Assembly (NCBI GenBank): GCA_046075945.1
Contig: JBJTRD010000320.1
Coordinates: 1 to 30,511 of the forward strand
Reading direction: 5' to 3'
Source: Flavobacteriales bacterium
GTDB lineage: Bacteria > Bacteroidota > Bacteroidia > Flavobacteriales_D > Sanyastnellaceae
DNA length: 30,511 nucleotides
Positions within the stretch are counted from its first letter, which is position 1. Each line of letters begins with the position of its first letter. Under the pieces are notes generated by a model that was given only the letters and a program-made list of their open reading frames with translations, made no database searches and was not told where the DNA came from. Positions 19,701 through 27,809 of this stretch are shown piece after piece. Position numbers and translations under genes: made by a program.

Positions 19701-21616
19701 GATTCTTCCGTAACCACCACACTCACATCGCTATCACAGTTGTCTACAGCAGTCACATTTGCACTTGGTGCCGTCCCTCCGCATGAACCTTCTTCACCAT
19801 CGGGTATGCCCACAAGCACGGGGGCTTCATCATCGATAATGGTAACGACTGTTGCTTCGGAAGCTTGATTACCGCAGCCATCAAATGCTCTCCAAATACG
19901 AATGAAGCTACCACCACAATCGTACAGAGGCTCATCAGTAAATGCAACGGTTACAGATGAACAGTCGTCAGTTGCCAACGCCTCCTGAAGTTCTACAGGC
20001 TCACCACACGTTACGGTAACAGAGGGTGGAATAAATGAAAACTCAGGATCAAGACCATCTGTATAATTTATAGTCTGCGAAGCCGTGGAAGAATTTCCGC
20101 AGGCGTCTGTTGCTGTCCATATCGTAGTAGCAGTATATCCGCAGACCTGAGATTCTGTAATTACTTCTGATGTTATAACAAACTCACTACAATTATCAGA
20201 CGCAGTTGGCGCTCCCTCGGGCACTTCCTCTCCGCAATTCAAATCAGCACTTACCGGAACATTTTCCAATGAAGGCGCAACGTTATCTTCAACCTGGATG
20301 GTCCATGTCTGAGAAACTGAATTCCCGCAAGCATCCGACAACGTATAAGTGCGGAGAATTGTGTAGTTCGATGGGCACGAACCTTCGATAATTTCATCAT
20401 TCGATGTCAACACTGTATTCGCGCAAACAGACGAATAAGCGATGCCTGCATCCAGATTTCCTGCACTTTCACAATCAATCGTAACGTCCTCCGGAAACAC
20501 AGTGAATTCCGGCTGTCCGCCATCCGTCAGGTAAATTGTTTGAGTCGCAGTAGAAGCGTTTCCGCAACCATCAGTAGCTGTGTAAACGCGTGAGATAATT
20601 CCCGGGCAGCCCACCTCTACAACTTCATCTGTGTAGGTTATTGTGACATCTGAGCATGCATCAGTCGCTTCAACAAAAAGAGCATTGGCTTCAGTGCATG
20701 CGACAATCATGGGTGACATGATTTCGCCAAATACCGGTGCTGTTGTATCTTCAAACGTAATTACACGCGTCGCATAAGCTACATTACCACAAGCATCTTC
20801 TGCTCGATACGTATAGGTAAATGCTGTAGCTCCGCAACCTTGCGCAGGTGTTTCGCACGAGCGATCCACATTTACGTCGCCATTGCCGCTCACAGCATCT
20901 CCGTTGAAAACACCTGTGTAGGTAAACCAGCCGCTCATACCATCGTTGGCGTTTTTATTGTTCGAACCTACCCCAACCTGAAAACCGAAATAATAATTGG
21001 TTGGCAAGTGCTGTAAACTCAGTTCACTGCCCTCGAGAACTCCAACACCGGAGAAATGAGAAAAGGAAGGGTTCAACTCATAATACATCCAGTCTAGATA
21101 ATTAGTTCCTGCCAAACCGAGGTCATTTTTGTAGCCTCTTCCCAATGCATTCCAGTCTTCCCAATTGAGACCGTTCTCAAATCGCATATCCACACTCATT
21201 TGCCAAGCCGAATTCGCCGCGTTCTGGATAGTGCCAGTCAACCTTCCGGTGCCATTGGCATAGAAGGTTAGTGACCGTTCGCCAACAAAATTCCAAGCAA
21301 CTGACGGAGCATCCAATACAGGAAGCCAAACAGCCCAGTCTACACCGGGACCAAAGGCTGTAGTCACATCGCACGATGCGAGCACGTTGCCGGTCTCTTC
21401 AATGAATTGACTGACGGCAACAGGGCCTTCACATTCGCTTAGAGCTGTTACACCATCAGCCGATGGCAATTCATCACCGCAAGTAAGTGTGGCGTCAGAG
21501 CCCACATTTACAAACGTTGGTTGGGCTGAGGCCCATAAAAAAGTCGCTGCAAAGAGCGCCGTCAATGAGAAGCGCTGGCATACACGACCGGCAAGAGTTA
21601 GGTAAAAGTTAATCAT
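16745..21616 (-). CDS. T9SS type-A CTD surface protein with 17 Cys-rich HYR-like repeats (1623 aa)
   Basis: Signal peptide ending WASA|Q. Sixteen D-x-C-G-N motifs plus one EDCTGN variant, in repeats of roughly 75-80 aa starting 'D..AP.F'. C-terminal YDLNGRLV...SSGMYII...TTRLPIVR is typical of the Por secretion tail. Confidence 0.9.
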   Translation of the reverse strand: MINFYLTLAGRVCQRFSLTALFAATFLWASAQPTFVNVGSDATLTCGDELPSADGVTALSECEGPVAVSQFIEETGNVLASCDVTTAFGPGVDWAVWLPVLDAPSVAWNFVGERSLTFYANGTGRLTGTIQNAANSAWQMSVDMRFENGLNWEDWNALGRGYKNDLGLAGTNYLDWMYYELNPSFSHFSGVGVLEGSELSLQHLPTNYYFGFQVGVGSNNKNANDGMSGWFTYTGVFNGDAVSGNGDVNVDRSCETPAQGCGATAFTYTYRAEDACGNVAYATRVITFEDTTAPVFGEIMSPMIVACTEANALFVEATDACSDVTITYTDEVVEVGCPGIISRVYTATDGCGNASTATQTIYLTDGGQPEFTVFPEDVTIDCESAGNLDAGIAYSSVCANTVLTSNDEIIEGSCPSNYTILRTYTLSDACGNSVSQTWTIQVEDNVAPSLENVPVSADLNCGEEVPEGAPTASDNCSEFVITSEVITESQVCGYTATTIWTATDACGNSSTASQTINYTDGLDPEFSFIPPSVTVTCGEPVELQEALATDDCSSVTVAFTDEPLYDCGGSFIRIWRAFDGCGNQASEATVVTIIDDEAPVLVGIPDGEEGSCGGTAPSANVTAVDNCDSDVSVVVTEESTPGNCGSIVTYTWTATDACGNVASEQRTYALTDNVGPEFELPLETIYASCGDAISDLDVPVPVVTDACSEVVSIEYTDDETAADCGVQILRTYTATDGCGNSSTAQRVIFFEDTTAPVFVSVPENVVSACGAAADGPLPVVEDNCSEVTITFEDEAAGNAGCSGSLIRHWFATDACGNVSTFDQEITYSDDTAPVIVSYPEDMTAGCDQVPAADAGLIVFEDNCSDATIAVTDELIPAGCPGGYNIERTYTVTDVCGNSASVMQTIFVVDEIAPVLFGVPADTVLTCGVELPYSETFATDNCSNQDDIVLNVEDQIISTSCGSTLQRIYSASDACGNTTSIVQEITFIDNAAPAFISVPEEVTIYCGEEAVLDEPVVTDDCSVVSVTEEQFAIGGCGNSYVRIFTATDGCGNWSTAEQVVNVIDETAPSFENVPQTILLSCGDDAPAADVVAIDACGIVEMSHTDEEQSFGCGYQIMRVYTATDDCGNSADFVQIIVFEDNEGPVFLSTPENITLSCGDEIPDAITLEATDACSEPTEVTFEETILTGDCAGSYVVNRTYTATDLCGNSTSLVQTITITDTTAPVFDPFPAQIELACGGLDGVAVTATDNCAGDVVISYEDSNASGTGCGVIQRTYTATDACGNTAFAEQTIIFGDQVAPEFTSFPADGDVSCDAVTPVEEVSIDFIDDCSNVNVSWNEELVPGDCANSYTLIRTCTLSDACGNETTASYVLNVADTEAPQIIGVSGDLILDCGEQIPSDNVVVIDNCSALPTITLTETEESFDCFTIVSRRWTATDDCGNVSQQVQIITFLDQTAPELSEYPESIVLDCGAAAPETPAITAVDNCGGDIEVQYSENIQVDGGCGTIERTWCAEDCTGNFTCHTQLISFQQASQMPQLSNAELRTWQEAMNRVAVQYTANESGRWGVDVYDLNGRLVTNLFAGEMNAGEMRSMVVDTDQFSSGMYIIQFGNGENKVTTRLPIVR

Positions 21617-21834
21617 GTAGGTTAAATTAGGAATGTTAAGCAGTTGGAATTCGATGGTTTACGATTCCGACCGAATGCCAAAATAAAGAGCCAATTTAAC
21701 CAAATCTTCGGATAAAATTCAATCTTTTCAACTTGTCAATCGAATTTTAATGTGCGCGCTATCAGTCGATTCTGAAATCCATTGTTCACTAAGGGGTGAA
21801 AGATTGCGCCCGCTCTCACTTTGAAAGTAGCAAT

Positions 21835-21860
21835 AAAAAAAGGCGCCATCATGGGCGCCT
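21835..21860 (-). terminator. Intrinsic terminator downstream of clpP
   Basis: AGGCGCC-6 nt loop-GGCGCCT hairpin followed on the minus strand by a run of 7 T. Confidence 0.75.
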
Positions 21861-21880
21861 CTTTTCAATTTATCACACAA

Positions 21881-22564
21881 TTATGCTTTCTTCTTATTCA
21901 AAACTTCATCGATCATTCCATACTCTTTCGCTTCGGAAGCTATCATCCAATAATCGCGATCGCTGTCGGCCCAAACCTGATCGTATGGCTTGCCACTATG
22001 CTGTGAGATGATATCATAGAGCTCTTTCTTCAGCTTTTGGATTTCACGGGCAGTAATTTCAATATCGCTTGCTTGTCCGCGGGCGCCCCCCAGTGGTTGG
22101 TGTATCATTACGCGGGAATGTTTCAACCCTGTGCGTTTACCGGCTTCACCCGCACACAACAATACCGCACCCATACTTGCAGCCATTCCTGTGCAAATGG
22201 TAGCAACATCCGGATTGATGTACTGCATGGTGTCATAAATACCTAGACCCGCATATACACTTCCTCCGGGTGAATTAATGTAAATCTGGATATCCTTTTT
22301 TGCATCTGCACTTTCCAAAAACAGAAGTTGTGCTTGAATGATATTCGCGATATAGTCATCGATTTCAGTTCCAAGAAAAATGATTCGATCGGCCATCAGA
22401 CGCGAAAAAACATCTACCTCACGGAAAGGCATATTGCGTTCTTCGATAACCGTGCGGGTCATATTTTCCGGACCATAAACGTGACTGATCACATCGTCAA
22501 CGACAGTTCCGCTGATGCCATGATTTCCCATGGCGTATTTTCTGAATTCTTTTCTGTTGATCAT
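21881..22564 (-). CDS. clpP: ATP-dependent Clp protease proteolytic subunit (227 aa)
   Basis: [24 protein letters not shown], catalytic Ser in GMAASMG, His in RVMIHQP, Asp in DRDYWM. Start set at ATG 22564 ([12 protein letters not shown]...). Confidence 0.96.
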   Translation of the reverse strand: MINRKEFRKYAMGNHGISGTVVDDVISHVYGPENMTRTVIEERNMPFREVDVFSRLMADRIIFLGTEIDDYIANIIQAQLLFLESADAKKDIQIYINSPGGSVYAGLGIYDTMQYINPDVATICTGMAASMGAVLLCAGEAGKRTGLKHSRVMIHQPLGGARGQASDIEITAREIQKLKKELYDIISQHSGKPYDQVWADSDRDYWMIASEAKEYGMIDEVLNKKKA

Positions 22565-22716
22565 TGCTTTCGTTAATTGTATTGTGGCGCAAATTAGGCG
22601 ATGAACGATTTCGAACGTAGCGAAAATTTCAACTAATTGACAAACGAGTTGTATCAAAACGTTCGATAAACATGGAAAAACCACGATTGTTTGGCAATAA
22701 TTCTTACCTTTCGCGC

Positions 22717-23403
22717 ATGAAATTCCTGACTTTACTCCTTGGATTATTGTGTGCTGTCCACGGCTTCGGGCAATTCATACCTGTCAATTTAAAAATCGAT
22801 GCAGCCGTTGGGACTCAATACATGCACTCCCAAAAAACCCGTGGATACGAAATTGAAAAACTAATCCCCTACGTCTATGTAGGTGGCTTGCGCTATGCAC
22901 TCACCAAAAGTTTCCATCTAAGAGGCGAAGTTGCAGTCAATCTCAATAGGCCCGCTAACGGATCCAACTACTTTCGGAATGATTATTTCCGAACTACCAT
23001 TGGCGTTTCAACTGATTTATTGCACATGGATTTTACAAAAACACAAGGGCAGAAAAATGCAGCACGAATAGGCCGCGAAAAATTCAAACTATACGGCTTT
23101 GTCGGGTTTGGTGTAAGCGCCATGATTAATAAAATGCGATTCGAGACCGACTACAATAAACGCATCTATGTGTATGACTACATGGCAAATTTTTGCGCAT
23201 CGGTCATTCCAACGTTCAGATTTAATCCTTACCACGCCATTTTCATTAATACTTCGATGATTGGTCATATCCGTCAAGCCTACAATTTTGATTTGATGGG
23301 TGGCAATGATAACCGGGGGTTCGATGGCGGTTACATGATTACCGTATTGGGTTATTCCTACACGCCTTTCAGATCTATGGCAGGCGTGCGCACCGTGTTT
23401 TAA
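22717..23403 (+). CDS. Hypothetical exported protein, probable small outer-membrane beta-barrel (228 aa)
   Basis: Signal peptide [18 protein letters not shown]|Q. Alternating aromatic/hydrophobic beta-strand pattern ([18 protein letters not shown]) and C-terminal Phe. Confidence 0.6.
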   Translation: MKFLTLLLGLLCAVHGFGQFIPVNLKIDAAVGTQYMHSQKTRGYEIEKLIPYVYVGGLRYALTKSFHLRGEVAVNLNRPANGSNYFRNDYFRTTIGVSTDLLHMDFTKTQGQKNAARIGREKFKLYGFVGFGVSAMINKMRFETDYNKRIYVYDYMANFCASVIPTFRFNPYHAIFINTSMIGHIRQAYNFDLMGGNDNRGFDGGYMITVLGYSYTPFRSMAGVRTVF

Positions 23404-23426
23404 TCCGATTAATCAACTCTTTTTTA

Positions 23427-24158
23427 ATGGGCAGGCAATTGGCAATCGATCGGGGCAACAGCTTCACAAAGCTTTCGGTTTCAGAAAACGGCGTATTTCA
23501 AAAGACCATCGCTCTTCATGACGATCAACTGCGTGACGCATTGGCCGATTTCATTTCAAGCGTCAATCCTGAAGCTATTATCATTTCAAACGTGCGTGAC
23601 CAATTCCCATTTGAAGACTTATTCGAAAACACGTCTGCACAAATAGTTCGCGTATCCGTCTCGCTTAAACTTCCGTTTTCTATTAGCTATGAAACTCCTG
23701 AAACGCTCGGACACGATCGATTGGCGAATATTGCAGGAGCTGTAACCCAAATGCCGGGACGAAACGTTCTTGTGATCGACTGTGGCTCCTGTATAACCTA
23801 TTCCCTTTTGATTAAGGGCACCTTTGCTGGCGGTAGCATTTCACCCGGTATTGGTATGCGTTATCGGGCCCTCCATGAATTCACCGGTTCACTTCCTCTT
23901 GTAGATACCGAATCTACGGTGCCGGCCATCCCCGGGCGGTCTACCACTGATTCCATACGAACAGGAGTTCAGCGAGCCATTCTATTCGAGACCGAGGCTA
24001 TGATTGAGACATATCGCGCGCAATTTGAAAACCTTGAAGTCGTGCTAACCGGCGGAGATTATTCATTTTTTGAGAACAACCTGAAAAGCCGCATTTTTGC
24101 ACACCCCGAATTAACCCGAATTGGCCTGCATGAAATTCTCCGCATCAACCGCTCTTAA
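23427..24158 (+). CDS. coaX: Type III pantothenate kinase (243 aa)
   Basis: AIDRGNSFTK, TLGHDRLAN, VIDCGSCIT, GGSISPGIGMR and VVLTGGD. Confidence 0.93.
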   Translation: MGRQLAIDRGNSFTKLSVSENGVFQKTIALHDDQLRDALADFISSVNPEAIIISNVRDQFPFEDLFENTSAQIVRVSVSLKLPFSISYETPETLGHDRLANIAGAVTQMPGRNVLVIDCGSCITYSLLIKGTFAGGSISPGIGMRYRALHEFTGSLPLVDTESTVPAIPGRSTTDSIRTGVQRAILFETEAMIETYRAQFENLEVVLTGGDYSFFENNLKSRIFAHPELTRIGLHEILRINRS

Positions 24159-25530
24159 GGTATCTCTTCTTTTGTGCCTGACCCTTCTTGCGGTATTCGG
24201 AATGGCGCAGCACAATCCAAACTCAGTCTATTCTCGTTTCGGCTTGGGATTGCCTGATGCTTTTGCCGGTGTGCCCCATTATGGAATGGGCGGCATTACA
24301 TCACCGTTATCCGACCCTGTAGTTTTAAACCCTGCCAATCCGGCCTCTTATTCTTTCTTGGAGGTGACCAACCTACAGACATCTATCAAGGGGGCCTTCA
24401 CCCAATCTACTTACCAGAATACAACTTCTAATTATCACAACGGCCAGGTGAATCAACTGGGTATGGGCTTCAAAAAACCGGTTTCAAAATGGGCCTTTGC
24501 TATTGCACTAAGTCCATACAGCACAGTCGACTATCGATTCTCTTCAAAAGACACATTGAGCGACACGCTAACATCGGCCTATACTTACAGCGGCAGAGGA
24601 GGAATAAATAAAGCTACCCTGGGCTGTTCGCGCCTATTCCGTTTTGGTGGCACCATAAAAAATGCAGATAGTCCCGACAGCTCATTGCGAAGCCTTCATC
24701 AACTTTCGCTCGGTGTTAATGGTCATTACTTATTCGGCAACATCACGCGCGAAAACGCCATAGCATTTAGTCAGACAGAGCACTATTCCACGGTGCAAAA
24801 TCACAATTTGTGGGTAAGGGGTTTGTCGCTGGAGGCGGGGTTGCAATACAAAGTGAATCTCAGCACACGCCGTGATCCGCAGCGCAGAGTTGTTGGTGGA
24901 AGCGCTCTGCAACTTGGCTTCACATACGCCCTCAACACAAACCTATCTGCTGAATATTCGGAATTGATGTACTCCATTCGATTTGCCGGTAACACTGCTC
25001 TGCGTGATACATCTTACTATCTGAAAGAGCTTCCCGGCCGACTGAAAATACCCCAACGAATCCAAGGAGGAGCGGCTTACAAATTATACAATAAAGGATG
25101 GGGTACATTTGTACTAGCAGCAGAGTATAGTGTGCAGGATTGGTCGCAATACCGCCTCGAAATAAATGAGGATGTAAATCTCGACAAAGGTCTCAATACA
25201 TCTACCGGATGGGCAGTAGGCGTCGAGTACAAACCCTCATCAGATGTTAACAATCATTTCTTAAACCGCCTGCATTACAGGGCAGGTTATCGCAGCCGAC
25301 AGTCCGGACTTATCATCAACGACACTCGCATTGTGCAAACAGCTGCAACTGCCGGTCTTTCTATACCGATTGTTCGTTCACAGACCAAGCTGCATTTAGG
25401 AGCCGAATGGGGACGGAGAGGCACAACATCCAATGGGCTTGTGCAGGAAGATTTCATAGGCTTCATGATTGGATTTTCGCTCACACCCTCATCGTTCGAT
25501 CGGTGGTTCCGACAAGTCAAATACGATTGA
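24130..25530 (+). CDS. FadL/TodX-like outer-membrane beta-barrel protein (466 aa), candidate Bacteroidota BamG homologue
   Basis: Signal peptide ending FGMA|Q. N-terminal plug-like motifs NSVYSRFGLG and GMGG...NPANPASY; many amphipathic strands; family-typical end 'RWFRQVKYD'. Lies directly after coaX. Confidence 0.7.
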   Translation: MKFSASTALKVSLLLCLTLLAVFGMAQHNPNSVYSRFGLGLPDAFAGVPHYGMGGITSPLSDPVVLNPANPASYSFLEVTNLQTSIKGAFTQSTYQNTTSNYHNGQVNQLGMGFKKPVSKWAFAIALSPYSTVDYRFSSKDTLSDTLTSAYTYSGRGGINKATLGCSRLFRFGGTIKNADSPDSSLRSLHQLSLGVNGHYLFGNITRENAIAFSQTEHYSTVQNHNLWVRGLSLEAGLQYKVNLSTRRDPQRRVVGGSALQLGFTYALNTNLSAEYSELMYSIRFAGNTALRDTSYYLKELPGRLKIPQRIQGGAAYKLYNKGWGTFVLAAEYSVQDWSQYRLEINEDVNLDKGLNTSTGWAVGVEYKPSSDVNNHFLNRLHYRAGYRSRQSGLIINDTRIVQTAATAGLSIPIVRSQTKLHLGAEWGRRGTTSNGLVQEDFIGFMIGFSLTPSSFDRWFRQVKYD

Positions 25531-26105
25531 TGAAAAACATTAGCGCACTAGTTCCTATTGCAATAACTCTATTTGCTTCGTGCAAAAATGATATTCAACA
25601 AGTGCGCGCTATCACAGAGAAGAACACGCATGCAAAACAGGTCAGCTATAATGCGACCTACACATTTTCAGAAAAAGGCAAAAAGCAAACGCGACTTGAG
25701 GCAAATTTGTTGGAACAGTTCGATCTGGAAGGGGATGAGGATTATTTGCTCGCAAGCAATGGATTCAGTATGTTGTTTTTTGATTCACTCGGACGCGAGG
25801 AAGCGCGAATAACTGCGCGCAACGGCAAGTATGAAGAAAAAAAGAAATTGCTCACGGCTTGGGATTCTGTTGTGCTTTCCAATTCTATAGGTGAAAAATT
25901 AGAAACAGAAGAGCTCATTTACATGCAAGACAGTGCGCGCATTGTTTCTGATAAGTTCGTGACCATTACGCTGCAAGGCGGCACCCTCCTGCGTGGTCGA
26001 GGACTGGAAAGCAATGATAGCTTTACAAGCTACCGCATCATGCAACCCACAGGCGATATTATTGTTGACGAAAACACGCAATCATCCAATGGAGAAAACA
26101 AATAA
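25530..26105 (+). CDS. lptC: LPS export ABC transporter periplasmic protein LptC (191 aa), with lipobox
   Basis: Beta-jellyroll LptC-like motifs 'ITARNGKY', 'VVLSNSIGEKLETEELIY', 'SDKFVTI' and 'GRGLESN'. Start overlaps the upstream stop (TGATG). LFAS|C lipobox at Cys18. Confidence 0.8.
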   Translation: MKNISALVPIAITLFASCKNDIQQVRAITEKNTHAKQVSYNATYTFSEKGKKQTRLEANLLEQFDLEGDEDYLLASNGFSMLFFDSLGREEARITARNGKYEEKKKLLTAWDSVVLSNSIGEKLETEELIYMQDSARIVSDKFVTITLQGGTLLRGRGLESNDSFTSYRIMQPTGDIIVDENTQSSNGENK

Positions 26106-26292
26106 AATCATTGAAAAATTTTGGCTAATCTTTACCATCGCTTCATTCATTTTCGCGTGTTACTCTATCATAGTATTCGAACCCTGGAGAAATGAATTGA
26201 ATAAATTCTTCATACCTGCCATATCATTTCTATGGTGGATGTTTCGACGCAAAATGCGTTTGCGCATGGAACGCAACCAATCAGGCCGATAA
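26089..26292 (+). CDS. Small hypothetical membrane protein (67 aa, two hydrophobic segments, basic tail)
   Basis: MEKTNKIIEKFWLIFTIASFIFACYSIIVF...FFIPAISFLWWMFRRKMRLRMER. Its start overlaps the lptC 3' end by 17 nt, consistent with translational coupling. Confidence 0.7.
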   Translation: MEKTNKIIEKFWLIFTIASFIFACYSIIVFEPWRNELNKFFIPAISFLWWMFRRKMRLRMERNQSGR

Positions 26293-26321
26293 TTCATGAA
26301 GCCCTTGTCTGTCTACTTTAC

Positions 26322-26329
26322 TACATTTG
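26322..26329 (+). promoter_or_regulatory. -7 element TACATTTG upstream of the CNNM/TlyC gene
   Basis: Exact TAnnTTTG match in the intergenic gap, 55 nt before ATG 26385. Confidence 0.5.
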
Positions 26330-26384
26330 CTCTGTGCTAGCGGCTGTGCAGGTCCAACAATTCCCTATCACAGTCACGATTTAA

Positions 26385-27665
26385 ATGGATTCTTATTGGC
26401 CGTTGATTATTTTACTTTCGTTAGTGGCCTCGGCTTTCTCGAGCGGGATGGAAATAGCCTTCATCACCGCCAATAAACTAAAAATCGAGCTCGATAAAAA
26501 ACAAGGTGTATTCGCCTCGAACATTATCGGTCACTTCATCAATAAGCCGAAATTATTTATTGCAACCATGCTCATCGGCAACAACGCGGCGCTGGTGGTG
26601 TATGGCTTATACATGGGTGAAGTCATCGAACATTCCATCATCCATTATTTCCCTGCTTTTCCACTTGCGGTAGGCGAATTCGGATTGGTATTCACTCAAA
26701 CCATTCTCTCCACCATCATTGTGTTGGTTTTTGCCGAGTTTATCCCCAAAGCCATTTTCAGCATCAACCCCAACCGCTGGCTCAATATGCTGGCCATTCC
26801 CCTGGCAATTTGGTATGGAATATTGTATCTCTTCGCGTGGATAATTACCGGCATTTCCGATATGTTCATTCGCATTGTAGTCCGAAAGGAGATTAAAGAC
26901 GAGGAAGTGGAATTTGGGCGAATAGACCTGGATCATTACCTGGAGCAGGCTACCGGCAACATCGATCAAAGCAAAGCCATCGATCACGAAATCCAGATAT
27001 TTCAAAATGCTCTCGACTTTTCCAATTTGAAAGCACGGGATTGTCTTGTACCGAGAAACGAAATTGTGGCCATCGAAATAACCGACTCGATAGAAAATCT
27101 GCGAAAACGTTTTATCGAAACCCGATTATCCAAAATACTGGTTTATCGCGAGAACATCGACCACATAATCGGTTACGCCCATTCATACGAATTATTTAAG
27201 AAGCCTGCGCACATACAACATATTCTTAGACCTATATCCATCATCCCGGAACCTATGCAGGCCTATGAAATTCTGGAACTTTTCATAAAGCAAAAAAAAC
27301 AAGTCGCAGTGGTGGTTGACGAATTTGGTGGCACTGCCGGTATGATTACTATGGAAGATATCGTCGAAGAAATTTTTGGCGAAATTGAAGACGAGCATGA
27401 CAAAGAGGAGAACATTGAAATTCAACATGCCGATGGTTCATTCGATTTATCGGCACGCCTGGAAATCGATTATCTCAATAACAAATACGGACTGGAACTT
27501 CCGGAAAACCAGGAGGCCTACGACACCCTTGGCGGTCTGATACTCTATCTGCGAGGCGATATTCCCGAGGAGCTTGAAACCATTTCGCACGGTCCCTACA
27601 TATTCACTCCTGTCAAAGTGAGCGAGACCAAAATTGAACTGGTAAAACTTACGCGCCAAGAATAA
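26385..27665 (+). CDS. Hemolysin-family / CNNM (DUF21)-CBS-CBS-CorC_HlyC transporter, TlyC/CorB-like (426 aa)
   Basis: SAFSSGMEIAF, TMLIGNN, FAEFIPKAI, LVPRNEIV and VVDEFGGTAGMITMEDIVEEIFGEIEDEHD. Confidence 0.92.
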   Translation: MDSYWPLIILLSLVASAFSSGMEIAFITANKLKIELDKKQGVFASNIIGHFINKPKLFIATMLIGNNAALVVYGLYMGEVIEHSIIHYFPAFPLAVGEFGLVFTQTILSTIIVLVFAEFIPKAIFSINPNRWLNMLAIPLAIWYGILYLFAWIITGISDMFIRIVVRKEIKDEEVEFGRIDLDHYLEQATGNIDQSKAIDHEIQIFQNALDFSNLKARDCLVPRNEIVAIEITDSIENLRKRFIETRLSKILVYRENIDHIIGYAHSYELFKKPAHIQHILRPISIIPEPMQAYEILELFIKQKKQVAVVVDEFGGTAGMITMEDIVEEIFGEIEDEHDKEENIEIQHADGSFDLSARLEIDYLNNKYGLELPENQEAYDTLGGLILYLRGDIPEELETISHGPYIFTPVKVSETKIELVKLTRQE

Positions 27666-27809
27666 CGGGTGTTAATCGTTCATTTTCAGTGTTTTTCATC
27701 GGTCGACCGCGCTTCTATTCTCTGATCATCAATTATTTACACTCGGTCGCTTGAACTATCGCAGCTATGTACGATATTCGCACCCCGAAAATTTAAGATT
27801 AACTGACTT

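Noticed and set aside
17000-20850. Recurring short DNA motif (ccacaagcatc and variants) at regular spacing, superficially CRISPR-like
   Set aside because: It is the reverse complement of codons for the D-A-C-G motif of the protein repeats. Copies are degenerate at synonymous positions, and there are no cas genes.
23427-24158. panD and coaX both in the window, suggesting a CoA-biosynthesis cluster
   Set aside because: They are 16 kb apart in separate transcription units, and each sits in an ordinary context.
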